DNA from: an uncultured Verrucomicrobiae bacterium | GTDB taxonomy: Bacteria; Verrucomicrobiota; Verrucomicrobiia; Opitutales; JABDGR01 | DNA: 64,000 bases | Assembly (NCBI GenBank): GCA_963765205.1 | Contig: CAVXVB010000009.1 | Location: 768,001-832,000, forward strand | Direction: 5' to 3' | Shown: positions 1 to 11,050 of the stretch, in pieces | How the letters are laid out: each line of letters starts with the position of its first letter | How positions within the stretch are numbered: position 1 is the first letter of the stretch | Made by a program: the position numbers and the translations under genes | Notes under the pieces: generated by a model | Databases searched by the model: none | The model's input: the letters and a program-made list of their open reading frames with translations, nothing else | Told to the model about the DNA's origin: nothing

Positions 1-344
1 AGATATAGGTAGGGACCATATCCAAAGCTATAAATTTCCGGTGAATTAGCGCCGTGGTAGAGCGGATGGCCCTGCGCAAAATACCAGGAGACGCCAACGA
101 TGGTCGACGGCGCATGATCCAAATAAAGTAAACTGATCTGATAGCGATAATTGAACCAGCCGAAAGCGCCCAACGCGAACAACCCGAGAGACCCTCCCCA
201 CCACGAGAAACGACCCATGCGGAAACCACGTATCGGCCATTTGCCCACGACGAGAAAGAGCAAGAAGCACGGCACCCAAAACGCACAGGGCCACGCAGCA
301 GGCCGCGTGCTGACCATTTCAATTAAATTTTTCAGGAAATACAT
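1..344 (-). CDS. 5' part of a multi-pass membrane protein of the polysaccharide cluster (possible GT-C-like glycosyltransferase); runs off the window
   Basis: Hand translation from ATG at 344: MYFLKNLIEMVSTRPAAWPCAFWVPCFLLFLVVG...YFAQGHPLYHGANSPEIYSFGYGPYLY. Open to the window edge, hydrophobic, co-oriented with the cluster. Confidence 0.55.
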   Translation of the reverse strand, partial: MYFLKNLIEMVSTRPAAWPCAFWVPCFLLFLVVGKWPIRGFRMGRFSWWGGSLGLFALGAFGWFNYRYQISLLYLDHAPSTIVGVSWYFAQGHPLYHGANSPEIYSFGYGPYLY

Positions 345-519
345 CAGGACGAGGGCCAATGATTAGTGCTGGATACACCTTGCAATTAGTTTTTCAATGA
401 AAAATGAAATGCCCCAGGGCTTTACCGACGGCTATTACGTGGTTTGCTCGGAAGGAATCAGAGAATTGGGATGCACGGTCTTAGCTGTGAGCATCCGCCA
501 TTCATTCATTTAATTCATC

Positions 520-1254
520 TCACAGGGATTTGGCATTAAAGGTCAGGCGTTGCCCGAAGTAATAGAGCAACGTCAAACAGGCATTGCGCACGGATTTGGA
601 GGAAACGCGCGGCGAAGGGGCCTGGTAATGGATCGGGATTTCAAAATAGCGCTTGCGGCGAAGCAGGTACCGCAGCTCGGTCTGATAAAAATGCCCAGTG
701 GATCTAAATTTATTTTGGATGATCAAGTGGACAATGTCCCGATGAAAGCCCTGAAAGCCGGAGGTCATATCCTTCATGGTGGTGCCGAGCAGCAGATTGG
801 CCAGCACGGTGCCGGTTTTGGACAACAGCCGGCGTTTGAGCGGTGAATTCCCCATGGAGCCGCCATTGATAAAGCGGCTGCCAAAGGCGCAATCGTTGCC
901 CTCATTGAGGACCCGTAAAAACATGGGGATGGCGCGCGGGTCGTGCGAGAGGCCGGCGTCCATTTCAATGATGATATCGTAGCCGGCCTCGTAGGCCACC
1001 CGCAGACCTTTGACATAGGCATCAACCACGCAGCGGTTTTCCGGACTCCAGACCGTCTCATAGCGGGAGTCCCGGGCGGAGAGTTCCCGGCACAGCTCCA
1101 AGGTGCGGTCTTGGGACACCCGATCCACGATCAAATAAATTTTCCCCGGAGCCAGCGTATCAATCACAAAATTGAGCAGGCTGATGAAGCGCGCAAAATC
1201 GGGCTCCTCATTCGCCATGGGAACGACGATGGCCCATTTGGGGTAGTAATACAT
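520..1254 (-). CDS. GT2 family glycosyltransferase (polyprenol-phosphate mannose synthase-like)
   Basis: Motifs IVVPMANE, S.D.T, MDAGLSHDP, GSRF, DMTSGF, EIPI. Confidence 0.9.
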   Translation of the reverse strand: MYYYPKWAIVVPMANEEPDFARFISLLNFVIDTLAPGKIYLIVDRVSQDRTLELCRELSARDSRYETVWSPENRCVVDAYVKGLRVAYEAGYDIIIEMDAGLSHDPRAIPMFLRVLNEGNDCAFGSRFINGGSMGNSPLKRRLLSKTGTVLANLLLGTTMKDMTSGFQGFHRDIVHLIIQNKFRSTGHFYQTELRYLLRRKRYFEIPIHYQAPSPRVSSKSVRNACLTLLYYFGQRLTFNAKSL

Positions 1255-1303
1255 GGAAGGGAAGGGATTTGGACGGACCGGGTATCCAGATAAATAAACA
1301 AAT

Positions 1304-2389
1304 TCAGAAATTGCGTGGGCGCCATTTTCCCGAGGAGGGGAGTTGGGCGAGCATGGTGGAGACGGCCTGAAAGACGGCCTCGGGGGTCAGTTGCTTCATG
1401 CAGGCAATCGAAAAGGGACAGTTGTCTTTCCAATGAAGGCGGGGTGTGCGATGATGGCAGCCGAGGCAGGGGACATTCGAAGTAACCGCCAAAGAAGGCG
1501 TTTCAGTTGGAAGAACATGCTTAGGATCAACAGGGCCGAATAAACCGACCGTGGGTGTGCCGACGGCCCCGGCAATATGCAAGAGGCCCGAATCTATGCC
1601 AATAAGCAAGTCCAGCTCTTTGATGACGGCGATGGTCTGCCCAATTTCGAACCGGCCAACCCAATCCACCGTTTGGCTGATTTCGGGGCATCCTAGCCTT
1701 ACCGGAGAAGACGGAAAAATCCGAGCCGAGCTGTACAACGGTGCAAGCATACTGCGCATGAATCATTTTCACCAATTGCTCCCAGCCGTCCGTCGTCCAT
1801 TGTTTAACGGGCCAAGTGGGGCCCACATGGATGCCCATAACCAGAGGGCCAACCTCACGAAAGGGCGAAATTTTCTTTTGGGCGAATTTTATCAAACGAG
1901 CAGGCACATAAAGCCGCGGTTGCCGCGAGGCAGGCACGACCCCGAGGGATTCGCAGAAATCGTCCACCACATGGGGGGGGGTGACGCGGGCGGTTGTTCA
2001 TCCGCCAAGAGCGGGCAAAGACGCAAGGTGTAATCGTGCGGATAGATTTTAGAAACCTTCCGAACCCAGTCATTTTCAACCACACAGTCGGCAACTTTAC
2101 CCATCTTGACCACCGGCACGAATTCACCCCGAACACTGTAGACCAAGAGGGCCTTGGGGTAGAGTTGGCGCAGGGCCAAAAGAGCGGGAAACGAACAAAT
2201 TAAATCTCCAATCGCGGCACCATCATTGCGCTCAAATAAAATGACCGCCTGGCCGGTAAGTTTCCGAAATAAACGAACGCGCAAACGATGGTAAAGACTC
2301 CCGAAGGCGACCCGGGGATGCAGGAGCAGATTTTTGGCATACGTTAGGAAGGTCCGTCGGGTCCATAATGGTAATCTTATTTTTCCCAC
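1304..2389 (-). CDS. GT9 family (heptosyltransferase-like) glycosyltransferase, split over three frames
   Basis: AIGDL in the N-terminal piece (1892-2389), G.TWPVKQW in 1527-1970, DLLIGIDSGLLHIAGAVGTPTVGLFGP in 1304-1759. The breaks fall at the G9 run (1973-1981) and the G4 run (1685-1688). Confidence 0.85.
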
Positions 2390-3648
2390 CGCCAGGAACT
2401 GGGCAGTTGAATACTAGCGCCCGGATGCAAATGGTGGCCTTTCGTATACTTACCCGGCGAAATTTCAACCTTCGTGCAATCCGGCAAGTAGTCAAGGCCG
2501 AGCAGCAAACCCGAACGGGCTCCGACATCAATGGAGAAAGTTCCGGGCGGAACCGGGAGATGCGGAATCTCAATCAAAACCGTGTGGCGTTCTCCCTTTT
2601 TGACATTCATCCGGACGCCCGGGTCATCACTTTCATAGGTCAGCAAGCGAAGGCCCTCGACCGTGGAAAATCCAAAACCCAGGGAGATTTCCGCTAAATC
2701 CGAAAAAGCCTCAATGGTCACCGCGGCCGCAAACCGTTCGGTATGAAACAGTGGTAAGCCGGAGAGCCACTCCAACTTAATGACGCGGAGTTGTCCGCCA
2801 AAATTGGCAGGCCGGGCGCGATCCTTCAGATCAACCACGGTAGCGGCATCCACAACATTGTTCTTCAGATAGAGATTGACCACGTCTTCCGCCGGGCCGG
2901 TGGCCGCGATTTTCCCATTATCCAGCCAGATAATGCGTTGGGACAAGGCTTTCATCATGGCCATATTGTGGCTTACGCAGATGATGGTGCGCCCGTCGCC
3001 CTGGGAAATGTCGCTCATCTTGCCGAGGCATTTTTTCTGGAAGGCGGCGTCGCCGACGGCGAGGACCTCGTCCACGATCAGGATGTCCGGCTCGAGGTGG
3101 GCGGCCACGGCAAAGGCGAGGCGGACATACATGCCGCTCGAGTAGCGCTTGACGGGGGTGTCAATAAACTTCTCGATTTCGGAAAACGCCACAATCTCGT
3201 CGAACTTCCGGGCAATCTCCCGGCGCGACATCCCCAAAGTCGCCCCGTTCAGGAAAATGTTGTCCCGCCCGGACAATTCGCCATGGAACCCCGTCCCGAC
3301 CTCGAGCAAACTCGCCAGGCGCCCCCGGAATTCAATGCGCCCCCGCGTGGGCGGCGTGATGCGCGACAAAATCTTCAGCAAGGTGCTTTTGCCCGCGCCA
3401 TTGCGCCCGATCAGCCCCAGCACCTCGCCTTGCGCCACCTCGAAGGACACGTCCCGCAGCGCCCAGAGAATATCCGGGGCGTCCGCGCCCTCCTCGAAGT
3501 GGGTCAAACTGCGGAGCCGCCGGAAATTGCGCACCGGGGCGAGGGCCGCCTGCGCGAGCGTGCGCAGCAACGTGTCCGACCCCACGTCCCGCTTGCCGAG
3601 CCGGTAAAGCTTCGAAATGTTCTCAATCCGGATGACGGGGGCGGGCAT
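2377..3648 (-). CDS. wzt: Polysaccharide ABC exporter ATP-binding subunit with C-terminal Wzt carbohydrate-binding domain
   Basis: Walker A GRNGAGKST, YSSGM signature, ILIVDEVLAVGDAAF, and a C-terminal beta-rich extension. Confidence 0.93.
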   Translation of the reverse strand: MPAPVIRIENISKLYRLGKRDVGSDTLLRTLAQAALAPVRNFRRLRSLTHFEEGADAPDILWALRDVSFEVAQGEVLGLIGRNGAGKSTLLKILSRITPPTRGRIEFRGRLASLLEVGTGFHGELSGRDNIFLNGATLGMSRREIARKFDEIVAFSEIEKFIDTPVKRYSSGMYVRLAFAVAAHLEPDILIVDEVLAVGDAAFQKKCLGKMSDISQGDGRTIICVSHNMAMMKALSQRIIWLDNGKIAATGPAEDVVNLYLKNNVVDAATVVDLKDRARPANFGGQLRVIKLEWLSGLPLFHTERFAAAVTIEAFSDLAEISLGFGFSTVEGLRLLTYESDDPGVRMNVKKGERHTVLIEIPHLPVPPGTFSIDVGARSGLLLGLDYLPDCTKVEISPGKYTKGHHLHPGASIQLPSSWRWEK

Positions 3649-3667
3649 TTTCTTTCGCCAAGTTGAG

Positions 3668-4441
3668 TTAAGCAGATGGGAGGGACTTGGGCGTTAGACA
3701 AAACCAAGACATGGCGAACATTCGTTCCCCCATCCAGCCCAACAGATTATGCTTGGCGTAAAGCTTAAGCCACGGACTCACGCATTTTAAGTCGGCGATG
3801 GTGCGGGGCCGATAACAAATTTCCTCAATATCGTGGGTAGGTTTAAAACGCGCGCAAATTTTTTGGCCGACCGCGGGTATATAGCAATCATGGGCTTCAA
3901 AAAGGATGGTAGTGCGGACGAGGGCCGGGATGGCCACGGGATCAAGTAAAACCTCTTCATAGCCTTCCACGTCGGTCATCAGTAAAGACGGGCCGGGCCG
4001 GGTGAGGGCGCGGGCAAGATCAGGCACTTCACATTTGCCAAGAATACTTAAACGCGACTCGACGCCATTTATTTTTGCCAGCCGCGCCATTTCGGCGCGG
4101 CCATTGGCCAGGAGCTCGAAAGCCGTGACCTCGATATGCGGATTGCGAAAGGCCCAACCCAAGGCATAATAGCCTTCCGCCGCCCCGACATCCACGAAAT
4201 GGGCAAAGGGCCGGCGCAGCAGCCGCTCGATGACCGGAACCAATTCCAATTCATAGGATCCCAAAAATTTCGCCGCGGGAATGCTAAAATTCTCATCCCA
4301 TTTTTCCCAAGTAAAGCGCAGGCCCTGAAACGGGCCGGAACGAATCTGGTCGTTTTGCCGCAAGGCTTGCAGATAGCGGGCCGTGACCGCCGCGGGCTGC
4401 AACCCGGCCGGCACCATCTTTTTGGCGAGTTTTCGGATCAT
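3668..4441 (-). CDS. FkbM-like SAM-dependent methyltransferase
   Basis: GSYELEL, VDVGAAEGYYA and DVEGYE motifs; lies within the wzm-wzt cluster. Confidence 0.7.
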   Translation of the reverse strand: MIRKLAKKMVPAGLQPAAVTARYLQALRQNDQIRSGPFQGLRFTWEKWDENFSIPAAKFLGSYELELVPVIERLLRRPFAHFVDVGAAEGYYALGWAFRNPHIEVTAFELLANGRAEMARLAKINGVESRLSILGKCEVPDLARALTRPGPSLLMTDVEGYEEVLLDPVAIPALVRTTILFEAHDCYIPAVGQKICARFKPTHDIEEICYRPRTIADLKCVSPWLKLYAKHNLLGWMGERMFAMSWFCLTPKSLPSA

Positions 4442-4617
4442 AGCGAGCCGGGTCTGCCCGGGTTTAGCGCTGGGCGGCGGGCGGGCATGGGGGAATTAAG
4501 AATTAAGATTTATGAATTAAGAAGCCGGAAGTTTGCACCGGGGAACTTTTTGCAGCCAGGGCCGGCGCAGGGGGTGGATGGATTCCGACCTCGTAATTCG
4601 GCCTGCTTAATTTTGGC

Positions 4618-5505
4618 TTACGCCACGTCCACCATCACATTTTCCGCCCGCCGGAAGCACCACAGCCCGCCGGCCAGCGCCACCAGGGTGACCGCCGCGC
4701 CCAGGGCGAGGTGCGCGTAGGAAACCGGCGCCTTCCCGAACAGGCAGGCCCGCAGGGCGTCAATCGCGCCCGCCAGCGGGTTCAGGAAATAAAGTTCGCG
4801 CACCCCCGGCGGAATCCAGCCGGGAATGCGGGTCGAGGAATAAAGCTGGGTCGAGGAATAAATGACGGGCGAGGCATACATCAGCAATTGGAACAACAGG
4901 CCCTGCGCCACCCGCACGTCGCGGTATTGCACCGACAACCCGGCCAGCCACAACCCCAGCGCCAGCGCGGCCAGCGCCGCCACCCCCAGCGCCAGCGGCA
5001 CCACCCACAACGCCGAAACCTGGACATGGCAACCGTGCCGCAGCAACATCCCATGCGACAGCACCAGCATGACGGCCAGCAGCGCCAGCATGATCAGCAG
5101 ATCAAACGTCCGGCCGGCAATCGCCGCCAGGGGCAGCACCAGGCGCGGAAAATACACCTTGGACAGCACCCCGATGTTCGCCGCCAGGCAGTTGCCCACG
5201 TCGCCCGCCGAGTTTTGGAAAAACGTCCACGCCACGACGGCGGCCAGCGCAAAAAACGAGTAGGGGATGTCGTCCGACGGCGCACTCATCAAATTGCCGA
5301 AAATCATGGTCAGCACCCCGGTGGTGAACAACGGCTGCACCAGCGCCCAGCCCAGGCCGAGCACCGATTGCGCGTAGCGTGTCTTCAAATCGCGCAAGAT
5401 GATGAACCGCGCCAGGTCGCGCGCGGACCACAACTCGCGCCATTCCGCCAGGCTGGTCGGCCCGCGCGGCGTGATGATGGTAAGTGGGGGAGAGGAGGGG
5501 TTCAT
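4618..5505 (-). CDS. wzm: Polysaccharide ABC exporter permease
   Basis: RDLKTRYAQSVLGLGWALVQPL, KVYFPR, YASPVIY, NPLAG. Start taken as the ATG at 5505. Confidence 0.93.
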   Translation of the reverse strand: MNPSSPPLTIITPRGPTSLAEWRELWSARDLARFIILRDLKTRYAQSVLGLGWALVQPLFTTGVLTMIFGNLMSAPSDDIPYSFFALAAVVAWTFFQNSAGDVGNCLAANIGVLSKVYFPRLVLPLAAIAGRTFDLLIMLALLAVMLVLSHGMLLRHGCHVQVSALWVVPLALGVAALAALALGLWLAGLSVQYRDVRVAQGLLFQLLMYASPVIYSSTQLYSSTRIPGWIPPGVRELYFLNPLAGAIDALRACLFGKAPVSYAHLALGAAVTLVALAGGLWCFRRAENVMVDVA

Positions 5506-5718
5506 GGCGCTGAGCCGCCGGGCAAGCTGCCGCCCTTGGCCGCTGGCCGGTCGGAACCGGCCAAGCCTTCGGCAAGCAAACGAACCCGCAGCCGGGTCAT
5601 CGGATTTAGCAACCCGTCCCACCGGCGCGCGGGAGGCGGGCCGGGGGCGGGAAAAGGGAATTCACCGCGCATCCAAGGCGGGCGCGGTGGCGGGCGGAAA
5701 AAGAATGGTGGCAGAAAT

Positions 5719-6287
5719 TCATGGCGTGGCCAGTTGCAACGGATGGGAGTGGCGCGGCTCCAAAGCCTCGAGGGGAACTCGACGCGGTTCTCCTGGCCCA
5801 GCAGTTCGAGCAAAATCTGCACGCGCTGCCGCGCCGGCACCAGCCCGGCCACTTTGCCCGAGGCGCCGCGGAAAATCCCGGTGATGACGCGCACTTCCTC
5901 GCCGAGCTTCCACGGCTCCGGCGGCAACTCCAGCACGGAGGTGGCGGCGAGCGCGCGCAATTCCCCGACGATGGCCTCGGGCACGGGCGCGAATTCGCGG
6001 CCCTGGCGCACGATGTAGGACACGCCGCGCGCGTAGCGCACGGCGCGCACGCGCCGGGCCGGCGCAAAGCGCACGAACAAATAACCGGGAAACAACGCCT
6101 CGACAACGGCGCGCGGTCCCTTGGCCAGCGCCCGCCGGTAGCGCACGCGGGGGAAAAACGCCTCGACGTCCGGCAGCGCGCCCAGCGCCCCAAAGGCGAT
6201 GTTCTCGCGCTTCGGCTGCGTCTTCACGCAATACCAATTGATATCCGAAGACAAGACGATGGCGTCCGGGTGGTTTTTGGCGGGCAT
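5719..6287 (-). CDS. NusG/RfaH-family specialised antiterminator; frameshift near the C-terminus
   Basis: WYCVKTQPKRE, LFPGYLFVRF, KOW-like GEEVRVITGIFRG. One extra base in the G run at 5772-5775 gives ...RVEFPLEALEPRHSHPLQLATP*. Confidence 0.85.
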
Positions 6288-6299
6288 CGAGCAAGGGGG

Positions 6300-6872
6300 T
6301 TAGGTGAGGAGGCGGGCCACCAGGGCGAGCAGGCGGCGGGCGTTGGCGTGGACATTTTCAAGCTTTTCCAGGCGTTGGCGCAGCCAGGCGCGCTCGGCGG
6401 CGGGGGCCTCGTCGGCGAGTTTGGCGAGGCCGCCGAGGCGCTCGGTCGCCGTTTCAAGCTGGGCGCCCACCTCGTCGTCGAGGAAGGTGCCGATCAACTT
6501 GCGAAATTGATCCTCGGCCTCGAAGTGCTCGCGCCGCGCGCCGGGGACATAAACCGGGCGCACGGCCTTGAAGGAGCGCAACTGGCGCAGGCCCTGGCTG
6601 GCGGACCCGAGGCTGATGCGCAGGCGGCCCATGATTTCCTCCATGGTCAGCGGGCGGGGCGAAAGGTAGAGCAGGCCGTAAATGGCCCCGACGGATTTGG
6701 GCAGGCCGAGGACCTGGCCGGCGCGCATGGCGAGGGCGACGACTTCGCGTTCGAGGGGCGAGAGGGGCGCGCGCGCGGCGGCGGGCGGGCGCAGGCCGGG
6801 CCGGCCCAGGCGGGCCGGCCGCACCCGGCGGGGAGCGGCTTTGAGGGCGGTCTTGATGGGGCGAAGATACAC
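6300..6872 (-). CDS. GbsR/MarR-family transcriptional regulator
   Basis: LGLPKSVGAIYGLLYLSPRPLTMEEIMGRLRISLGSASQGLRQL, plus RREHFEAE. Confidence 0.85.
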   Translation of the reverse strand: MYLRPIKTALKAAPRRVRPARLGRPGLRPPAAARAPLSPLEREVVALAMRAGQVLGLPKSVGAIYGLLYLSPRPLTMEEIMGRLRISLGSASQGLRQLRSFKAVRPVYVPGARREHFEAEDQFRKLIGTFLDDEVGAQLETATERLGGLAKLADEAPAAERAWLRQRLEKLENVHANARRLLALVARLLT

Positions 6873-7154
6873 CTTTCTATAAATTTTTCAATAAAAAATG
6901 AAAACGGCTACAGATTTCCCGGAGGGCGGGCGGGGGGTTTACCCTAGGCCGGAGATTGGCAAGGCAAAGCAGTCTACCGCAAAAAACACAAAAGACGCAA
7001 ACGGGGGGAACGGTGGTGGCATTTTACATCCCTCCATTTTCGCTGTTTCTTGTTGCACCTTCCTGAAATTAGGAGCAAATTATTTCCAGTTTTAATTCAT
7101 TAATAATCAACTAAGTTATTATTTTTCAGCGACTTAGCTTCTCGGTGGCAGGTT

Positions 7155-7178
7155 GGTTCAAGTCCCAGCGGGAGCACC
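7155..7178 (+). other. tRNA 3'-end remnant (att-like site)
   Basis: GGTTCAAGTCCCAGCGGGAGCACC reads as T-loop + 3' T-stem + 3' acceptor strand, with no 5' half. It is preceded by the same ctaagt..acttag flank seen beside the tmRNA att copy. Confidence 0.6.
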
Positions 7179-7225
7179 CTTTAAGCTTTGGCCGTCGGCG
7201 GAAAGTCGTGATTTTTCTCTGACGA

Positions 7226-8212
7226 TCAGCGCCGCCGATTGGCCCAAGCTTCGGGATTCAGCAGCGAGGGCGGGCGCTTGCCCGCCAGGGCCGCCGCCAG
7301 GTTTTTTAGCGCAAGCTGGAACATGGCCAGGCGCGTGGCCCGGGTTGCGCTGCCGATGTGGGGTGCCAGGGCGACATTGTCCAGCTCGAGCAAGCCTGGA
7401 TTGATGGCCGGCTCGTTTTCAAACACATCCAGGCCCGCCGCCGCGATGCGCCGCGAGCGCAGCGCGGCGAGGAGCGCTGCGTCGTCCACCAGGCCGCCCC
7501 GCGCCGCGTTCACCAGCACCGCGCCCGGTTTCATTTGCGCGATTTCCTGGGCACCAATCAAATGGTGGAGCTCAGGCGCATACGGCAGGTGGAGGCTGAT
7601 GAAATCCGACTCGCGCAACAGCCGCGCGAAGGTCACGTATTTGGCGCCCAACTTCATTTCGACTTCGCGTGGAAACCGGTGGCGGTTGTGGTAAAGCACC
7701 CTCATCGAAAATCCACGCGCTCGCCGCGCCACCGCCTGGCCGATGCGTCCCAATCCGATGATGCCTAGCGTCGCGTGATGCACGTCCTGGCCCATAAACG
7801 CGTCGCCTTTCCAGCCCTGCCAATCGCCGGCGCGCAAAAAACGCTCCGCCTCGGGCAGGCGCCGCGCCGCCGCCAGCAGCAGTGCCCAAGTCAAGTCCGC
7901 CGTCGTCTCGTCCAGCACGCCCGGCGTGTTGGTCGCCAGGACGCCGCGCGCGGTGCAGGCGGCCAGGTCAATGTTGTTGTAGCCGACCGCCACATTGCAG
8001 ACCACCTTGAGGCGCGGCGCGGCTTCGAGCAACGCCCCGTCAATCCGGTCCGCTCCGGAAATCAACAGGCCATCCTGGTCGACGGCCCGGCGGCGGAATT
8101 CCTCCGCGCTCCAGCCCCCGCCCGTTTGATTTTCCTCGACGTGGTAGCGCCGGCGCAACGGCCTCAAGACCTCGTCGAATGGGGGCCTCGAGATTAAAAT
8201 CCGTGGTTTCAT
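7226..8212 (-). CDS. D-2-hydroxyacid dehydrogenase (glyoxylate reductase / D-glycerate dehydrogenase family)
   Basis: AVGYNNID, TNTPGVL, GIIGLGRIG, NAARG, LDVFENEP, PHIGSAT. Confidence 0.92.
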   Translation of the reverse strand: MKPRILISRPPFDEVLRPLRRRYHVEENQTGGGWSAEEFRRRAVDQDGLLISGADRIDGALLEAAPRLKVVCNVAVGYNNIDLAACTARGVLATNTPGVLDETTADLTWALLLAAARRLPEAERFLRAGDWQGWKGDAFMGQDVHHATLGIIGLGRIGQAVARRARGFSMRVLYHNRHRFPREVEMKLGAKYVTFARLLRESDFISLHLPYAPELHHLIGAQEIAQMKPGAVLVNAARGGLVDDAALLAALRSRRIAAAGLDVFENEPAINPGLLELDNVALAPHIGSATRATRLAMFQLALKNLAAALAGKRPPSLLNPEAWANRRR

Positions 8213-8388
8213 AAAGTTGGCCGCCCAGGCAGGAGGTGAACCTGGTCATAGTAGAAGGCGCTGTTGTTGGTGACAGTGACGGATGCGCCGCACGTCGAAG
8301 CCGCGCGGGTAAAAGCCAATGCCAGCCAACCACCGAAAAACGCAGTAGTCATCTCTGGAAAACATTTCATAGTATTGTAACGTAAAAA

Positions 8389-10882
8389 TTAATTCGAGGC
8401 GGTCGGGGCGGGTGTGGCGGCCACTGGCGCCGGGTGGTCCACCCAGTTCAGACTTTGGATTGTCCAGTCCTGCGTGTAAGTCGGCAGGCGGGCGTAGTCC
8501 CACGGCTCATCCACCATCAGATTATTGGGGGCTTTATAAAGAGCATAGACTTTGCGCACCTGTTCGACGGCGGCGTGGACATCAGCGGGGTTGGCATCGC
8601 GGTCATTTTGCGGGGCGACAATGACCACGGCGCGCGGCGCGATGGCCGCAATGATTTCGGGGTAATCAACTGGAATCCGATCCTCATGCCCGATGAAAAA
8701 TCCCAAGCGGGGCAGGAGGGGCCGCTCTACGCTCCAACGCGCAATGCCTCCGGTGCCCTTGTCCGCCGTGTCGGCGCGCATGGGTGTAAAGCCGTTGACC
8801 GAAACGACACCTTTGACGCGCGTGTCCAACGCCGCCGTGTAGAGGCCGACCGTCGCGCCGAGTTCGTAGCCGTAAAGATAAAGCCGGTTCGGGTCCACCA
8901 CCTCGTCCTTGGCCAGCGCGTCCAGCGCCGAGCGCGCGTCATGCACCAAGCGCCCCATCTGGGACCACTGCGGGGCGGTGTTGAAGAATGGCCCAATTTC
9001 AGTCGCGCGACTGCCAAAGCCGCATTGGTCATAAGCGAGTACCGCGTAACCGGCCTGCGTCAGCGCGAGGATGGGATGCAAATCGCGGCGGTAAACCCAC
9101 ATATAACCCAAGGGATAACTATAGCCATGCAGCCAGATGACCGTCGGCAGTTTGGTGCCCGCCGGCGTGTTGGAAGGGTAATATAAATCGCCTTTGACCC
9201 CTTCCCCAAAAGTAACCACGCGCGTGGTCATGGCGCTTCGCTGCGGATCAATCCAGCCGAATTCGGTCGCGGAGGCGCCGGAAAAAAAATGTTTGATGTC
9301 ATCGCTCATGCTGCTGCCGAGGCTGGCGCCCGCGTTGGGATTGGCGGCGGGACCGCGCGCGGCCAATGTGCCAGCGGAGCGGACGGCCGGGCCGGAGCCG
9401 TGGGCGCTGATGGTTCCCTTATCCGCCGGACCATACGCCGGCGAAATCGTTGCGGGCGCGTCGCCCAGCAGCCAATTGATGTTTTTACGGATCGTGTCGG
9501 CTTTGGCTTCCCAATCCGCCGTGCTCGCGATTGTTTTGCCATTGGCACCCGTCAGCAAATCGTCGGGCTGATGCGCCGGGAATTTCGAGAGGTCAACTTT
9601 CTCGCCGCTTTGGGCGACCCACTGCCGCAGGTTCCAGGGAAACAGGAAATTGTTCACCCATTTGTCTTGGGAGCGGCCAAATTGGATGTCGAGCCAGTCG
9701 AGATCCATTTCAATATTGTCCGTGCCATGGACGCCCTTCAGCCGCATGATGCCCACATGGTCCGGCTGGCCTAGAAGTTGAAATACCGGCCATGCGGAAA
9801 GCATGGACTGCTCGTCCGCCCATGTATTGGATACTTCGTCGTTCATGCCGTATTCAATCAGGCAGGAACGCGGCGCGATTAACGCCACCAACAAATTGCC
9901 ATCCACCGGCAACCGGTCTTCGCGCCCGGCAAAAAACCGCAGTTGCGGGGCAAACCACAGCGGGAACGAGCGTGTGGTTGATTCGATGCTCTCCGCACTA
10001 TTGCGCTCGCCGCCCTGGCGCCACGGCACCACGCCGCCCACGCCGGTGCTGCCCGCCACCACCGCCGCGATGCGCTCGTCCAGCGCCGCCGCCGTCAACG
10101 CCATTTTGCCGAGCCGCGAGTAGCCGGTGACCGCGATGCGGGCTTTATCCACCTGCGGCAGCGTGTAGAGATAATCCACCGCCATCTGCACAGCCCAAGC
10201 CTGTTGCGCCATGGTGGCAAAGTCATAAGTCGGATAAAGGGTGGGGAGGTTCGTAACCTGATCCACACTGTAGGGGGTTAAGGTGCAGCTTACATACCCA
10301 CGGTTCAAAATAGCCGCGCCCCCGCCCCCGATGAGAACCGGGAATGGCCCGACCCCGGCGGGAATGGTCACCCTCACCTGCTGGGTGGCTTGGTCGTTCG
10401 GGCCGTAGGCGAGTTGCACTGTGCGCGTGATGGTGCCTTTCGGCGTTGTCAGTGCAGGGCCGCCTCGCCCAAACCCACCCGGCGCGGCGGCCTGTGGTGT
10501 GACTCCGTCGGAGACCGTTTCACTCAGCACCGTCACTTGGTCGAGGGTCGGCTTCGGCGGAATGGCACCAAGCTGGTATTTCTGCTCGAGGCCCCAAATT
10601 TCCTTGCGGCGGGCGGCCCAGTCCGCCGCCGTTTTCACGACATGGCCGTCGAGGAATTGCAACGGGTCCGGCAGCCCGTTGTGCCGGGGCAGCGCGTCAA
10701 AATCCGGCGGCAGTTGTTTAGAGGACTGCAACCAGTCGGTGAATGCTGGCGCGGCGGTGGCCGGCGGCAGAATCAGCAGCAAATGATCGAGGATAATCGC
10801 GCCGTTCCTGTTCTGTCATCGCCCGCAATGGGTGGATGAACGCGAGAATCAACAGCAGAATAATGAAATTGATCCTTCGCAT
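8389..10882 (-). CDS. Secreted two-domain alpha/beta hydrolase: CE15 glucuronoyl-esterase-like domain plus a second hydrolase domain; frameshift near 10790
   Basis: GYSRLGK nucleophile motif, LPDPL, RLPVD..L.ALIAPR. The signal peptide MRRINFIILLLILAFIHPLRA starts at 10882 in another frame. Confidence 0.8.
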
Positions 10883-11004
10883 GGGGTATGCGGGGGCTTC
10901 GAATGCCAGTCATCCAAACACATTGGCGGCGCAGAGCGCAAGGCCATAACTTCGTTCGCCTCAACCGCGTTCAGCATGGCCAGCCCGTAAAAGCCGGCGA
11001 AAAA

Positions 11005-11050
11005 TGGTGGCGAAGCCCGGAATTGAACCGGGGACACAAGGATTTTCAGT
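11005..11050 (-). other. Displaced 3' half of tRNA-Phe (att site)
   Basis: 46 bp copy of 12358-12403 running from the anticodon loop to CCA, with 4 differences, all in the T-stem. Confidence 0.9.

Noticed and set aside
5506..5720. ops/JUMPstart element for the RfaH-like protein
   Set aside because: No GGCGGTAG-type match found.
2791..6947. Long + strand ORFs (2791-3666, 4711-6018, 5721-6947)
   Set aside because: Antisense shadows of well-supported minus-strand genes in high-GC DNA.
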